A stretch of DNA of 29,811 nucleotides from Thainema sp. Its GTDB lineage: Bacteria; Cyanobacteriota; Cyanobacteriia; Phormidesmidales; Phormidesmidaceae. Each line of letters begins with the position of its first letter. Positions within the stretch are counted from its first letter, which is position 1. Location of the stretch: the NCBI GenBank assembly GCA_052168235.1, contig JBQLZK010000073.1, positions 1 through 29,811 on the forward strand, read 5' to 3'. The notes under the pieces were generated by a model that saw only the letters and a list, made by a program, of their open reading frames with translations, searched no databases and had not been told where the DNA came from. Positions 10,052 to 21,045 of this stretch are shown here, in pieces. The position numbers and the translations under genes were made by a program.

Positions 10052-10357
10052 ATGGCTCTTCCAAAGATTAGTGAAATCAGAGATTTAAGCGCTGAAGATT
10101 TGAATGAGCAGATTCAAGCAGCGAGAAAGCAGCTTTTTGATTTGCGTTTTCAGAAGGCAACCCGCCAACTAGAAGGCAGCCATCAGTTTAAGCACACTCG
10201 CCATCGCTTGGCACAGCTTTTGACGGTTCAACGTGAACAGCAGCTTGAGCAGGCGTCTACTCAAACGGTGGATTCTAAATCTGCAAAAGTAAATTCAGAA
10301 TCGACACCAGCAGCCAAAGCTGCGGATTTGAAGACAAGTGCTTCTGAAGAGGAATAA
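10052..10357 (+). CDS. rpmC: 50S ribosomal protein L29 with C-terminal extension
   Basis: [10 protein letters not shown]...[16 protein letters not shown]; lies between rplP and rpsQ. Confidence 0.96.
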   Translation: MALPKISEIRDLSAEDLNEQIQAARKQLFDLRFQKATRQLEGSHQFKHTRHRLAQLLTVQREQQLEQASTQTVDSKSAKVNSESTPAAKAADLKTSASEEE

Positions 10358-10371
10358 GGGGATAGCTGGAT

Positions 10372-10623
10372 ATGGCAACTAAAGAACGGGTTGGACTAGT
10401 TGTAAGTGACAAGATGGATAAGACGGTTGTTGTAGCAGTTGAGAACCGTGCGCCCCATCCCAAATACCGCAAGATCATGGTTCGCACTCAGCGCTATAAA
10501 GTTCATGATGAGAATAATGAGTGCAAGATTGGCGATCGGGTCAGAATTCAGGAAACTCGTCCTCTAAGCCGTACGAAGCGCTGGGTCGTAACTGAAGTAG
10601 TTGAAAGCGTTGGGAACGCTTAA
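10372..10623 (+). CDS. rpsQ: 30S ribosomal protein S17
   Basis: [29 protein letters not shown]. Confidence 0.99.
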   Translation: MATKERVGLVVSDKMDKTVVVAVENRAPHPKYRKIMVRTQRYKVHDENNECKIGDRVRIQETRPLSRTKRWVVTEVVESVGNA

Positions 10624-10643
10624 GGGGTTAAAAGAGGCTAGTC

Positions 10644-11009
10644 ATGATTCAACAAGAGTCGATGCTAAATGTAGCGGACAATAGCGGAGCACGTAAGCTG
10701 ATGTGTATCCGAGTATTGGGTGGTAATCGGCGCTACGCAAACGTAGGTGATGTTGTAATTGCAGTTGTGAAAGATGCCATTCCTAATATGGCAATCAAGA
10801 AGTCGGATGTTGTTCGAGCGGTGATTGTTCGAACTAAAAAGGGGCTACGGCGCGAAAGCGGTATGAGTATCCGATTTGATGACAATGCTGCGGTGATCAT
10901 TAATCCAGAAGGTAATCCTCGGGGTACGCGTGTATTTGGCCCAGTGGCGCGTGAGCTTCGAGACAAGAACTTTACTAAGATTGTGTCTCTAGCACCGGAG
11001 GTATTGTGA
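10644..11009 (+). CDS. rplN: 50S ribosomal protein L14
   Basis: [36 protein letters not shown]. Confidence 0.99.
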   Translation: MIQQESMLNVADNSGARKLMCIRVLGGNRRYANVGDVVIAVVKDAIPNMAIKKSDVVRAVIVRTKKGLRRESGMSIRFDDNAAVIINPEGNPRGTRVFGPVARELRDKNFTKIVSLAPEVL

Positions 11010-11350
11010 TGGCTAAGCAGGCCAAAACGAAGCATAAAATGCATGTCAAGAAAGGCGATACTGTGCAGGTAATCGCAGGTCGTGATAAAGGCAAAGTTGG
11101 TGAGATTTTGGTTGCGATTCCGGAATCCAGCCAGGTGGTAGTCGAAGGTGTTAACGTTCGAACTAAGCACACTAAACCTCAACAAGAAGGTGAATCTGGG
11201 CAAATTATTACGTTTGAGGCTCCAATTCATAGCTCGAACGTGATGCTTTATTCCACTAAAGAAAAGGTGGCTAGTCGGTTCAATTACACCTTCACTGAAG
11301 ACGGACGTAAAGTTCGGCAGCTGAAAAAAACTGGTGAAGTCATCGATTAA
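11009..11350 (+). CDS. rplX: 50S ribosomal protein L24
   Basis: KOW motif [31 protein letters not shown] overlaps the rplN TGA (TGATG). Confidence 0.98.
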   Translation: MAKQAKTKHKMHVKKGDTVQVIAGRDKGKVGEILVAIPESSQVVVEGVNVRTKHTKPQQEGESGQIITFEAPIHSSNVMLYSTKEKVASRFNYTFTEDGRKVRQLKKTGEVID

Positions 11351-11426
11351 TAGCTGAGATCAATTTAAACAGCTATACAGAATATTTAGTTCCCTGACCA
11401 AGCCCAGGGTAAGGAAGCAAAAATTA

Positions 11427-11972
11427 ATGTCACAAAATCTCAAGCAACGATATCTAGAGACAATTGTTCCGAAACTGATGGATGAGTTCAAGTACTCCAA
11501 TATCCATCAAGTTCCGAAGATTGAAAAGGTAACGGTAAATCGCGGATTAGGAGAAGCCTCGCAAAACGCAAAGGCTCTTGAATCATCTATTACAGAAATT
11601 GCCGTTATCACTGGGCAAAAGCCCGTGGTAACTCGAGCCAAGAAAGCGATCGCAGGTTTCAAGATCAGGCAAGGAATGCCAGTCGGAGTAATGGTAACGT
11701 TGCGTTCTGAGCGGATGTATGCCTTCTTGGATCGATTGATTGGTTTGGCATTACCTCGAATCCGAGACTTTCGAGGTGTAAGTCCTAAGAGTTTTGATGG
11801 TCGTGGAAATTATACGTTAGGGATCCGAGAGCAGTTGCTGTTTCCGGAAATCGACTACGACAACATTGATCAGATCAGAGGAATGGATATTTCAATCGTT
11901 ACAACGGCCCAGACTGATGAAGAAGGTCGGGCATTGCTCAGAGAAATGGGCATGCCATTTCGGGAAAGTTGA
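11427..11972 (+). CDS. rplE: 50S ribosomal protein L5
   Basis: [37 protein letters not shown]. Confidence 0.99.
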   Translation: MSQNLKQRYLETIVPKLMDEFKYSNIHQVPKIEKVTVNRGLGEASQNAKALESSITEIAVITGQKPVVTRAKKAIAGFKIRQGMPVGVMVTLRSERMYAFLDRLIGLALPRIRDFRGVSPKSFDGRGNYTLGIREQLLFPEIDYDNIDQIRGMDISIVTTAQTDEEGRALLREMGMPFRES

Positions 11973-11997
11973 GGCAGGTTCAGTTTAAGAGGGAACT

Positions 11998-12399
11998 ATG
12001 GCGGCTAACGACACAATTGCGGACATGCTAACTCGCATTAGAAATTCAACACTAGCTCGACATCAAACGACTAGTGTTCCTTCCACCCGGATGACTCGTA
12101 ATATTGCACGAGTCTTAAAAGAGGAAGGATTCATCAATGACTACGCTGAGTCAGGCGAAGGCGTAAAGAAAGAGCTAGTTTTATCTCTTAAATATAAGGG
12201 TAAAACTCGTCGCCCCACGATTAGTAATTTAATTCGTGTGAGTAAGCCTGGATTGCGTGTCTACTCAAACCGAAAAGAACTTCCAAGAGTTTTGGGTGGA
12301 ATTGGCATTGCAATCATCTCGACTTCTAAAGGAATTATGACGGATCGAGATGCTAGGCAACAGGGAATTGGTGGTGAAGTCCTTTGTTACGTCTGGTAA
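11998..12399 (+). CDS. rpsH: 30S ribosomal protein S8
   Basis: [29 protein letters not shown]. Confidence 0.99.
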   Translation: MAANDTIADMLTRIRNSTLARHQTTSVPSTRMTRNIARVLKEEGFINDYAESGEGVKKELVLSLKYKGKTRRPTISNLIRVSKPGLRVYSNRKELPRVLGGIGIAIISTSKGIMTDRDARQQGIGGEVLCYVW

Positions 12400-12495
12400 T
12401 TCTTTTCACTTCATCTTGGGAGATGAATATGGTGAAGGCCATTTTCTTAGCCACTAAATTTTGTTAGATGCCGAGTTTTGTCGGAGATTGGAGTC

Positions 12496-13035
12496 ATGTC
12501 TCGTATTGGTAAGCGTCCAATTAGTATTCCTCAAAAGGTCACTGTTTCAATTGATGGTCAAAATGTTGTAGTCAAGGGGCCGAAGGGAGAGTTGTCTCGA
12601 ACTCTTCCTTCAGGTGTCATGGTTGAGCAGGATAATGATTCGATCTTAGTCAGGCGTGCAGATGAGTCGCGGGCAGCTCGTCAAAGGCACGGCTTATCTC
12701 GTACTCTTGTTGCCAATATGGTTGAGGGAGTTTCAAACGGCTTTGAGCGACGATTAGAGATTCAGGGTGTTGGCTATCGAGCTCAAGTTCAAGGTCGTAA
12801 CCTAATTCTCAATGTTGGATATAGCAATCCTGTCACGATTGAACCGCCAGATGGAATTCAATTTGCTGTAGAGAATAACACTAACGTGATTGTTAGCGGC
12901 ATTAATAAAGAAATCGTAGGCAATATTGCTGCAAAAGTGCGAGCTGTTCGTCCTCCTGAACCTTATAAAGGTAAAGGAATTCGGTACTCCGGAGAGTTCG
13001 TCAGACGCAAGGCTGGTAAAGCAGGGAAGAAATAA
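12496..13035 (+). CDS. rplF: 50S ribosomal protein L6
   Basis: [31 protein letters not shown] at 12496. Confidence 0.99.
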   Translation: MSRIGKRPISIPQKVTVSIDGQNVVVKGPKGELSRTLPSGVMVEQDNDSILVRRADESRAARQRHGLSRTLVANMVEGVSNGFERRLEIQGVGYRAQVQGRNLILNVGYSNPVTIEPPDGIQFAVENNTNVIVSGINKEIVGNIAAKVRAVRPPEPYKGKGIRYSGEFVRRKAGKAGKK

Positions 13036-13037
13036 GA

Positions 13038-13403
13038 ATGAAAACGTCTCGTAAACTATCAACACAACGTCGTCACGCTCGTATCCGCCGTAAGCTAACG
13101 GGTACTTCTGAGCGCCCTCGCTTGGCTGTCTTTCGTTCTAATCAGCATATCTATGTCCAAGTAATTGATGATGCTAATCATCAAACATTGGCTTCAGCCT
13201 CGACTGTTGATCCGGAGTTGCGTTCTAGTTTGTCGTCTTTAAGCAAAACTTGCGAGTCTTCTGCGCAGGTTGGTCGATTGATTGCAGAGCGTGCGATCGC
13301 AAAAGGAATTAAGCAAGTTGTTTTTGACAGAGGTGGCAACCTTTATCATGGACGAGTCAAGGCTCTTGCCGAAGCCGCTCGTGAAGGCGGCCTTAATTTC
13401 TAG
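13038..13403 (+). CDS. rplR: 50S ribosomal protein L18
   Basis: [32 protein letters not shown]. Confidence 0.99.
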   Translation: MKTSRKLSTQRRHARIRRKLTGTSERPRLAVFRSNQHIYVQVIDDANHQTLASASTVDPELRSSLSSLSKTCESSAQVGRLIAERAIAKGIKQVVFDRGGNLYHGRVKALAEAAREGGLNF

Positions 13404-13482
13404 ATAAGGCTTCATCAATCTTGCATCTAAACATCTAAGCCTCCTTGTGGAGCCTAAACCGCACGAACTAAGGAATTTAGCT

Positions 13483-14004
13483 ATGGCACCTCGTAACAAG
13501 AAAAGTAAAAGCAGAGAAAAGGAAACAGATTGGCAAGAGCGAGTCGTGCAGATTCGCCGAGTAACCAAAGTTGTCAAAGGTGGTAAAAAGCTGAGCTTTA
13601 GAGCCATCGTAGTCGTAGGTAATGAAAGAGGACAAGTTGGCATCGGTGTAGGCAAAGCAAGTGATGTAATTGGAGCCGTAAAGAAAGGTGTTGCAGACGG
13701 CAAAAAGCACCTGATTGATGTTCCACTGACAAAGTCCAATTCTATACCTCATCCCTCCAAAGGTCGGGCTGGTGGAGCACGAGTGATGATGCGTCCTGCG
13801 GCACCAGGTACAGGGGTAATTGCCGGTGGTGCAGTTAGAACTGTTCTAGAATTAGCGGGTGTTCGCAATATTTTGGCTAAGCAGTTGGGTTCCAACAATC
13901 CACTCAATAACGCCCGAGCAGCTGCAGATGCGCTCGCTGCTCTCAGAACCTTTTCAGAAGTGGCTGAAGAGAGAGACATCGCTGTTGAGCGATTGTATGC
14001 TTAG
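13483..14004 (+). CDS. rpsE: 30S ribosomal protein S5
   Basis: [24 protein letters not shown] at 13483 after AAGGA. Confidence 0.99.
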   Translation: MAPRNKKSKSREKETDWQERVVQIRRVTKVVKGGKKLSFRAIVVVGNERGQVGIGVGKASDVIGAVKKGVADGKKHLIDVPLTKSNSIPHPSKGRAGGARVMMRPAAPGTGVIAGGAVRTVLELAGVRNILAKQLGSNNPLNNARAAADALAALRTFSEVAEERDIAVERLYA

Positions 14005-14078
14005 CTGTAGGCGACAACAACTTTAACTAGAGCACTGCTGCTCTAACGAAGGCGATTAATGAAGGGAGACAAGCCAAA

Positions 14079-14525
14079 ATGAGACTACAAGATGCATTGC
14101 CTAAATCAGGTTCTAGCCATCGTCGACGTCGTGTTGGCCGTGGTATTTCTGCTGGACAAGGAGCAAGCTGCGGATTTGGAATGCGCGGCCAAAAATCTCG
14201 CTCTGGCAGTGGTACAAGGCCTGGGTTTGAGGGAGGACAGCTTCCTCTATATCGCCGGATTCCCAAGCTCAAGCATTTTCCAATTGTTAACCAAAGCAAC
14301 TACACTATTGTCAACGTGGGCCAGTTGTCCGGTTTGAAGGATGGCGCAACTGTAACGTTAGAGTCCTTGATCGAGTCAGGAATTGTTACTTCTAACGATG
14401 GCCCTTTAAAAGTTTTAGGGAATGGTAGCGTTGATATAAAGCTTACCGTTATTGCCTCTGCTTTTACAGCTTCAGCAAAGGAAAAAATAGAAGCAGCTGG
14501 CGGAAAGTGTGAAAGCTCGTCATGA
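14079..14525 (+). CDS. rplO: 50S ribosomal protein L15
   Basis: [41 protein letters not shown]. Confidence 0.99.
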   Translation: MRLQDALPKSGSSHRRRRVGRGISAGQGASCGFGMRGQKSRSGSGTRPGFEGGQLPLYRRIPKLKHFPIVNQSNYTIVNVGQLSGLKDGATVTLESLIESGIVTSNDGPLKVLGNGSVDIKLTVIASAFTASAKEKIEAAGGKCESSS

Positions 14526-14648
14526 ATAGCTGCTGACAACAACATCGGTTGAAAATGTCATACTAAATAATGCTGGTTATAGTTCAGCGCTATTTACAGC
14601 CCTTTTAAACTTATTGACTTCAAACAGCATCATAGAGGTGGCAACATA

Positions 14649-15962
14649 ATGGTAGTCAGTCCAAGAGGTAAGACTCCAACTGCCCAAGAAACGTTTACGC
14701 AAATGGCTCAAGCTGCTGGCCTCCGCGGTCGGTTACTTTTAACCATTGGCATGCTTATCATCGTTCGCTTAGGTATCTTTCTTCCGGTTCCTGGAATTGA
14801 TAGGGATGCTTTTCGAGCTGCGATTGAAAACAGCAATATTGGCGGTGTAATTGGTTTCCTTGACGTGTTTGCAGGTGGTGGACTCAGGGCACTCGGCATC
14901 TTTGCCTTAGGGATTATCCCCTACATTAATGCTTCCATCATCATGCAGTTACTTACAGCAGCCATTCCAGCGCTGGAAGATCTCCAGAAAAATGAAGGGG
15001 AAGCCGGGAGACGCAAGATTTCTCAAATTACTCGCTATGTTGCTTTGGGCTGGGCACTGCTACAAAGCACTCTGCTATCAACTTTCCTCTTGAGTGAGTA
15101 TGCCTATGAGCCTGGAGTGATGTTCGTGGCAGAAACAGCTCTAGCGTTAACAGCTGGATCCATGTTTGTTATGTGGGTTGGTGAACTCATAACAGAGCGA
15201 GGCATTGGCAATGGAGCATCCTTATTGATTTTCGTCAGTATTGTGTCTACCTTGCCACGCTCTTTAGGCCAAACAATTAGTTTGGCTAGTGAAGATAGTA
15301 GTGCTGTGGGAGGTGTGATCATCTTACTCCTCGTTTTCTTGGCCATGATTGTTGGAATCGTATTTGTTCAAGAAGGGACAAGGCGGATCCCAATCATCTC
15401 TGCTAGGCGGCAAGTTGGTCGGAGATTGTATCAAGAAAAGAGCAGTTACTTACCTTTAAGGCTGAATCAAGGTGGAGTGATGCCAATCATTTTTGCATCT
15501 GCTGTGTTGGTTTTGCCCCTCTCTTTGACTCAGTATGTTGAAAACCCAGCCTTGAGCCAGTTTTTGAGCAAATACTTTAGCCCTACTTCTTGGCTCTATG
15601 TGTTGATGTACTTGCTGCTCATTCTATTTTTTAGCTACTTCTACGCATCCCTAGTAGTCAATCCCGAAGATATGTCAAAGAATCTCAAAAAAATGGGTGC
15701 AAGCATTCCAGGAATTCGTCCTGGTAAGGCAACGAGTGAGTATATCAGCCGTGTACTCAACCGCTTGACATTTCTTGGGGCCGTTTTCTTAGGCTTGGTA
15801 GCAGTTATCCCGACAGCAGTTGAAAGTGCAACACGAGTTCAGACATTTCGAGGCTTAGGCGCAACATCTTTGTTGATCTTGGTTGGGGTGGCTATCGATA
15901 CTGCTAAGCAGATCCAAACTTACGTTATTTCTCAGAGATATGAAGGGATGGTGAAGCAGTAG
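14649..15962 (+). CDS. secY: preprotein translocase subunit SecY
   Basis: FALGIIPYINASII, GIGNGASLLIF, IPGIRPGKAT; multi-pass membrane protein. Confidence 0.99.
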   Translation: MVVSPRGKTPTAQETFTQMAQAAGLRGRLLLTIGMLIIVRLGIFLPVPGIDRDAFRAAIENSNIGGVIGFLDVFAGGGLRALGIFALGIIPYINASIIMQLLTAAIPALEDLQKNEGEAGRRKISQITRYVALGWALLQSTLLSTFLLSEYAYEPGVMFVAETALALTAGSMFVMWVGELITERGIGNGASLLIFVSIVSTLPRSLGQTISLASEDSSAVGGVIILLLVFLAMIVGIVFVQEGTRRIPIISARRQVGRRLYQEKSSYLPLRLNQGGVMPIIFASAVLVLPLSLTQYVENPALSQFLSKYFSPTSWLYVLMYLLLILFFSYFYASLVVNPEDMSKNLKKMGASIPGIRPGKATSEYISRVLNRLTFLGAVFLGLVAVIPTAVESATRVQTFRGLGATSLLILVGVAIDTAKQIQTYVISQRYEGMVKQ

Positions 15963-16522
15963 TGGTCAAGGTCATATTTTTAGGTCCTCCTGGAGCAGGA
16001 AAAGGAACTCAGTCTAAGGAAATTGCTACATCATTTGAGATCCCTCATATTTCGACGGGAGACATTCTTCGGCAGGCTGTTGCTAATCAAACTGAACTCG
16101 GTAAAGCTGCTCAAACATATATGGAAGAAGGCGAGCTTGTCCCAGATAGCTTGATTTTGGACTTGATCCGCGATCGGCTCGCTCAGCCTGATGCTCAGAA
16201 AGGTTGGATATTAGATGGTTTTCCTCGTAATCTTACACAAGCAAAATTCTTAAATGATTTGCTTGGCAAGATTGGTATGGATTATGACTCTGTCGTAAAT
16301 CTTGAAGTGCCTGATCAGATTTTGGTTGAGCGCTTAGTAGGGCGTGGACGAAATGACGATACCAAAGAGGTAATTGAGCATCGGCTAGATGTATATCGAG
16401 AACAAACAGCTCCTGTTATTGGCTTTTATCAAAATCTTCAGAAGCTTGTTTTAATCAATGGAAATCAAGCGCTGGAAGACGTTACGAAGGATATTTATCG
16501 TAAACTTGCATTGAGTGAATGA
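15962..16522 (+). CDS. adk: adenylate kinase (short-LID type)
   Basis: GPPGAGKGTQ, HISTGDILR, LDGFPR; GTG overlaps the secY stop. Confidence 0.98.
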   Translation: MVKVIFLGPPGAGKGTQSKEIATSFEIPHISTGDILRQAVANQTELGKAAQTYMEEGELVPDSLILDLIRDRLAQPDAQKGWILDGFPRNLTQAKFLNDLLGKIGMDYDSVVNLEVPDQILVERLVGRGRNDDTKEVIEHRLDVYREQTAPVIGFYQNLQKLVLINGNQALEDVTKDIYRKLALSE

Positions 16523-16648
16523 GATGTCAAAATAAAAGATCAAAATAGAGAGATTTCTGTTTGCTTGAGCTCTAGGTTTGTTACTAACTATTTATAGCGT
16601 TTTGTTTAGTCAAGTTATAGTTTTCACTAGCGTTTAGGAGGGGTTGTC

Positions 16649-16873
16649 TTGTCAAAACAAGACCTAATTGAGATGGAAGGCACGGTAACCGAATCTTTAC
16701 CTAATGCCATGTTTCGGGTCGATCTTGATAATGGATTCAATGTCTTAGCTCATATTTCAGGGAAGATACGCCGTAACTATATTAAGATTTTGCCTGGCGA
16801 TCGCGTTAAGGTGGAATTAACTCCCTATGACCTTACTAAAGGTCGAATAACTTATCGGCTTCGGAAAAAGTAG
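16649..16873 (+). CDS. infA: translation initiation factor IF-1
   Basis: [37 protein letters not shown] start after AGGAGG. Confidence 0.98.
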
Positions 16874-16990
16874 TGCTCTTATAATCATTGCTCTACAAGT
16901 TGGCTGTCTAGTTGAGAACTTTTTGTCCATTGCACACGCTCTGAGATGGAATAGCTTGCTGAGTCCGTATCTCAGAGTTTCTACCATGCC

Positions 16991-16999
16991 TGATATGAT
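16991..16999 (+). promoter_or_regulatory. possible internal extended -10 promoter for rpmJ-rpsM-rpsK-rpoA
   Basis: TGaTATGAT (TGn plus -10) about 30 nt upstream of rpmJ, in a 155-nt spacer. Confidence 0.4.
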
Positions 17000-17028
17000 A
17001 GTTGATCCGTAGTTTAGTGGAAAGAGAC

Positions 17029-17142
17029 ATGAAAGTTAGAGCTTCAGTTCGCAGGATGTGTGAAAAATGCCGAGTCATTCGGCGAAAAGGCCGTGTAATG
17101 GTCATTTGCGACAACCCAAAACATAAGCAACGTCAAGGATAG
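17029..17142 (+). CDS. rpmJ: 50S ribosomal protein L36 (Zn-ribbon, C+ form)
   Basis: Manual translation [37 protein letters not shown]; too short for the supplied ORF track. Confidence 0.98.
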   Translation: MKVRASVRRMCEKCRVIRRKGRVMVICDNPKHKQRQG

Positions 17143-17201
17143 GTAACTGCTATCCAATCTGGTTGGCAGAAAGAATACAGAGGGATTTGAGGAATTAGAG
17201 T

Positions 17202-17582
17202 ATGGCTAGAATAGCTGGAGTAGATCTTCCAAGAGATAAACGGGTTGAGATTGGTTTAACCTACATCTATGGTATTGGTTTAACCCGATCAAAAGAAATT
17301 TTAGAAAAAACCAATGTTGATCCCGATATCCGCGTTAAGGACTTGAGCGATGCTCAGGTTGCAGCCTTACGGGAATCAATCGAAGCCAACTATGAGGTTG
17401 AAGGTGATCTCCGTCGGCTTGAAAACATGAATGTTAAGCGCCTCATGGATATTGGATCTTATCGAGGACGCCGTCATCGGGCTGGCTTGCCGGTCAGGGG
17501 GCAGAACACCAGAACAAATGCTAGAACCCGTCGGGGGACGCGTCGAACTGTATCTGGTAAGAAGAAAGCTCCGAAGAAGTAA
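17202..17582 (+). CDS. rpsM: 30S ribosomal protein S13
   Basis: [34 protein letters not shown]. Confidence 0.99.
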   Translation: MARIAGVDLPRDKRVEIGLTYIYGIGLTRSKEILEKTNVDPDIRVKDLSDAQVAALRESIEANYEVEGDLRRLENMNVKRLMDIGSYRGRRHRAGLPVRGQNTRTNARTRRGTRRTVSGKKKAPKK

Positions 17583-17655
17583 GTCGATGACATCGAAGGA
17601 ATTTCCTTCAAGCGCTTCTCCAGCTCAAGTTTTTGAATTCAAGGATTAAAGTACT

Positions 17656-18051
17656 ATGGCACGCCAGTCACCTAAACGCTCAGGTGCACGTAAACAAAAG
17701 AAGAATGTTCCAAGTGGTGTGGCTCACATCCAGTCTACTTTTAATAACACTATTGTGAGCATCACTGATGTATCTGGAGAGGTTATTTCCTGGGCCTCTT
17801 CTGGTTCTAGTGGATTCAAAGGAGCAAAGAAAGGAACTCCTTTCGCTGCTCAGACAGCAGCAGATTCGGCTGCTCGTCGGGCCATGGATCAAGGAATGCG
17901 TCAAATAGAAGTTATGGTCAGTGGGCCTGGTTCAGGTCGAGAAACGGCGATTCGAGCTCTTCAAGGGGCTGGGCTTGAGATTACACTCATCCGAGATGTG
18001 ACTCCCATACCTCACAATGGATGCCGTCCACCAAAACGTCGGCGCGTTTAA
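17656..18051 (+). CDS. rpsK: 30S ribosomal protein S11
   Basis: [34 protein letters not shown]. Confidence 0.99.
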   Translation: MARQSPKRSGARKQKKNVPSGVAHIQSTFNNTIVSITDVSGEVISWASSGSSGFKGAKKGTPFAAQTAADSAARRAMDQGMRQIEVMVSGPGSGRETAIRALQGAGLEITLIRDVTPIPHNGCRPPKRRRV

Positions 18052-18183
18052 TTTTCTTTTTTGCATGCTGAACAACATTAAGCAAAAGCTGCTGTTGCGA
18101 GTTCGAAGACTTTCGATATCATCATTTGCAGTTGTTCACTGCTTGAGAGTGACGGATGGATGACTGTAGCTGGAGGTATTATC

Positions 18184-19131
18184 ATGGCGCATTTTCAGGT
18201 TGAATGTTTAGAGTCTACAACTGAGGATGGTCAAGAGCAACATAGTCAGTTTGTTCTAGAACCGTTGGAGCGAGGCCAAGGAACAACAGTAGGGAATGCT
18301 CTTAGACGCGTGCTTCTCTCGAATTTAGAAGGTTCGGCGATTACTGCTGTCAGAATTGCAGGTGTAACGCATGAGTTTGCAACTGTGCCCGGTGTTCGTG
18401 AAGATGTTCTAGACATCCTTTTAAACATCAAAGAGGTTGTTCTCCGTAGCTATTCGTCTCAGCCTCAAATTGGTCGGCTTCTTGTACAAGGACCTGCCAC
18501 GGTGACGGCAGGTAACTTTGATTTGCCTTCCGAAGTCGATTTGATTAATGGTGATCAGTACGTTGCTACTGTTGCTGATGGTGCGACTTTGGAGATGGAG
18601 TTCCGTATTGAGCGAGGTCGAGGTTATCGCTCGGTTGAGCGTGGCCGTGATGAATCATCTGCACTCGATTTTATGCAAATCGATACTATCTTTATGCCAG
18701 TCCGCAGAGTCAACTATACTGTTGAAGATGCAAGGGTGGGGGGATCGCTAGAAAAAGACCGCTTAATCCTTGATATTTGGACTAACGGTAGTCTCACTCC
18801 CCAGGAGGCATTAGGTCAAGCTGCAGCCATACTAGTTGATTTGTTTAATCCGCTCAAGGATATTACCGTTGAGCCGACACCAGATGTTGAGCATGAGGAA
18901 GAAGATCCGGCTAACCAAATTCCCATTGAGGAGTTGCAACTGTCGGTACGAGCTTATAACTGTCTGAAGCGAGCTCAAATCAACTCTGTTTCTGATCTGC
19001 TTGATTACAGCCAAGAAGATCTTCTAGAGATCAAGAATTTTGGACAAAAGTCTGCTGAAGAGGTCATCGAAGCGCTGCAAGTGCGCTTGGGCATTACTCT
19101 TCCGTTAGAAAAGCCCGCCAAAAACTCCTAG
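18184..19131 (+). CDS. rpoA: RNA polymerase alpha subunit
   Basis: EPLERGQGTTVGNALRRVLLS, LSVRAYNCLKRA, KNFGQKS; ATG at 18184 after GGAGG. Confidence 0.99.
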   Translation: MAHFQVECLESTTEDGQEQHSQFVLEPLERGQGTTVGNALRRVLLSNLEGSAITAVRIAGVTHEFATVPGVREDVLDILLNIKEVVLRSYSSQPQIGRLLVQGPATVTAGNFDLPSEVDLINGDQYVATVADGATLEMEFRIERGRGYRSVERGRDESSALDFMQIDTIFMPVRRVNYTVEDARVGGSLEKDRLILDIWTNGSLTPQEALGQAAAILVDLFNPLKDITVEPTPDVEHEEEDPANQIPIEELQLSVRAYNCLKRAQINSVSDLLDYSQEDLLEIKNFGQKSAEEVIEALQVRLGITLPLEKPAKNS

Positions 19132-19210
19132 AGTTTAGCGTGTTCTCCGGGTTTTTACTTGCCATTTTCCACTGTCGTAAAGCTATAAAACTTGCAAGGA
19201 AGTAGAAATT

Positions 19211-19561
19211 ATGCGTCACCGCTGTCGTGTTCCTCAGTTGGGACGGCCTGCAGATCAGCGCCGGGCACTCCTGAGGTCTCTTACAACTGAATTGATTCGT
19301 AATGGTCGTATTACGACAACCAAGGTACGAGCTAAAGCTGTTAGATCTGAGGCTGAGCGAATTATCACTTTAGCCAAGGATGGTTCTCTAAGCGCTCGAC
19401 GTGCTGCGTTGGGATATTTGTATGACAAACAACTAGTTCATGCGTTATTTGAACAAGTTGGTAGTCGCTATGGCGATCGCAACGGTGGATATACCCGTAT
19501 CCTCCGAACGGTTCGTCGCCGGGGGGACAATGCTGAGATGGCAATTATTGAGCTGACTTAA
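19211..19561 (+). CDS. rplQ: 50S ribosomal protein L17
   Basis: [34 protein letters not shown]. Confidence 0.99.
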   Translation: MRHRCRVPQLGRPADQRRALLRSLTTELIRNGRITTTKVRAKAVRSEAERIITLAKDGSLSARRAALGYLYDKQLVHALFEQVGSRYGDRNGGYTRILRTVRRRGDNAEMAIIELT

Positions 19562-19601
19562 CGTTTCAGCTTTTACTAGTGCTGCTTGGCTTTGATTTCC
19601 T

Positions 19602-20462
19602 ATGACTCTGCTAACTAACTCCAATACGCTGGTCGCAGACGTCAATAATTTAGACCATTCTCGTATTAGCACCCGCCGAATTGCACTAGTAGTTCAGTAT
19701 AACGGTGCTAATTTTTATGGCTGGCAACGGCAACCTAATCATCGAACTGTACAGGCAGAAATAGAATCTCTCCTTGAGGAAATTCTAGGTGCTCGTACAG
19801 TTGTCTACGCTGCGGGACGAACTGATACAGGGGTGCATGCAGCTGCACAGGTGGCGCATTTTAACACTTCGTCTTTAGTCCCTCCCCACCGCTGGGCAAG
19901 TATCTTAAATCGACGATTACCGTCTGATGTGGTGGTGCGTGCATCGGCTGAAGTTCCTCATTATTGGCACGCTCAGTTTTCGGCTCTATGGCGTCGTTAT
20001 CGCTATATGATCTATACTGATAAACTGCCCAATGTGTTTGTGCAGCATCTTGCCTGGCACTATTATTCAGCGCCACTCGATGCCAACAACATGCAAGCGG
20101 CTTTGAAGCCTTTGGCTGGCAGACATGATTTATCGGCGTTTCGTCGTGCTGGTTCTAAGCGAGTCCACTCTTGGGTTGATATTCAAGCTGCTGAGTGTTG
20201 GCGTCAAGGAGCGTTTGTAACCGTTGAAATCCAAGCCAATGGGTTTCTATATGGGATGATTCGCTTGATTATGGGGCTGTTAGTGGAAGTGGGAATCGGA
20301 GATTATTCTCCTGAATACTTCACCGATCTTTGGCAAATGAAACGGCGAGATTTAGTTAAGTCAGCTGCTCCATCACACGGCCTGTGTTTGCTGCGAGTCG
20401 GTTATGCTGAATTTCCTTTTTCTAAGTCAGTTTGGTTTGATGCGCAGCCCCAGTTTCAGTAA
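19602..20462 (+). CDS. truA: tRNA pseudouridine(38-40) synthase TruA
   Basis: YNGANFYGWQRQ, catalytic AGRTDTGVHA, ANGFLYGMIR, APSHGLCL. Confidence 0.97.
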   Translation: MTLLTNSNTLVADVNNLDHSRISTRRIALVVQYNGANFYGWQRQPNHRTVQAEIESLLEEILGARTVVYAAGRTDTGVHAAAQVAHFNTSSLVPPHRWASILNRRLPSDVVVRASAEVPHYWHAQFSALWRRYRYMIYTDKLPNVFVQHLAWHYYSAPLDANNMQAALKPLAGRHDLSAFRRAGSKRVHSWVDIQAAECWRQGAFVTVEIQANGFLYGMIRLIMGLLVEVGIGDYSPEYFTDLWQMKRRDLVKSAAPSHGLCLLRVGYAEFPFSKSVWFDAQPQFQ

Positions 20463-20589
20463 GCCTCTAGAATCTGGCTTGTAATGCCATGCTGCTTGAT
20501 CTATTTGCTTGAGTTTGGTCTAGTACGTGATTGAAGTATAGATGCTGCTCTTGCATTCCTCTAGTTTGTTGTTCCTTTGTAAACCTACT

Positions 20590-21045
20590 ATGACTAAGAC
20601 ATATACACCTCCTGTCAATTCGGTTGAGCAGAAATGGTATGTAGTGGATGCAGCCGACCAAAGACTGGGACGGCTGGCCACTGAGATCGCGAATGTTCTG
20701 CGAGGCAAGAATAAGCCTGAGTACACTCCGCATATGGATGTTGGTGATTTTGTTGTTGTAATCAATGCCGAGAAGGTTGTTGTGACGGGTCGGAAGCCTT
20801 CACAGAAGCTGTATCGTCGCCATTCAGGTCGCCCGGGCGGGATGAAAACTGAGACCTTCCAACACCTGCAATCTCGTATTCCTGAGCGAATTATTGAGCA
20901 AGCTGTAAAAGGCATGCTGCCCAAGAATTCACTGGGACGTAAGTTGTTCACAAAGCTTAAGGTGTATGCTGGTTCATCTCACCCGCATGCCGCACAAAAG
21001 CCTGAAGTACTCGCAGTTCAAACTATTCCTGGAGGACAGAAGTAA
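20590..21045 (+). CDS. rplM: 50S ribosomal protein L13
   Basis: [31 protein letters not shown] at 20590. Confidence 0.99.
   Translation: MTKTYTPPVNSVEQKWYVVDAADQRLGRLATEIANVLRGKNKPEYTPHMDVGDFVVVINAEKVVVTGRKPSQKLYRRHSGRPGGMKTETFQHLQSRIPERIIEQAVKGMLPKNSLGRKLFTKLKVYAGSSHPHAAQKPEVLAVQTIPGGQK

Noticed and set aside
15962..16522. Adenylate kinase lacking the long LID domain
   Set aside because: Short-type Adk is common in cyanobacteria; not a truncation.
5424..16873. Non-ATG starts (rplC, rpsC and adk GTG; infA TTG)
   Set aside because: Ordinary alternative initiation codons, commonly seen for these genes in cyanobacteria.
5424..19561. Absence of rpsJ, rpsN, rpmD, map and rpsD from the cluster
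   Set aside because: This is the normal cyanobacterial arrangement, not a novel loss.
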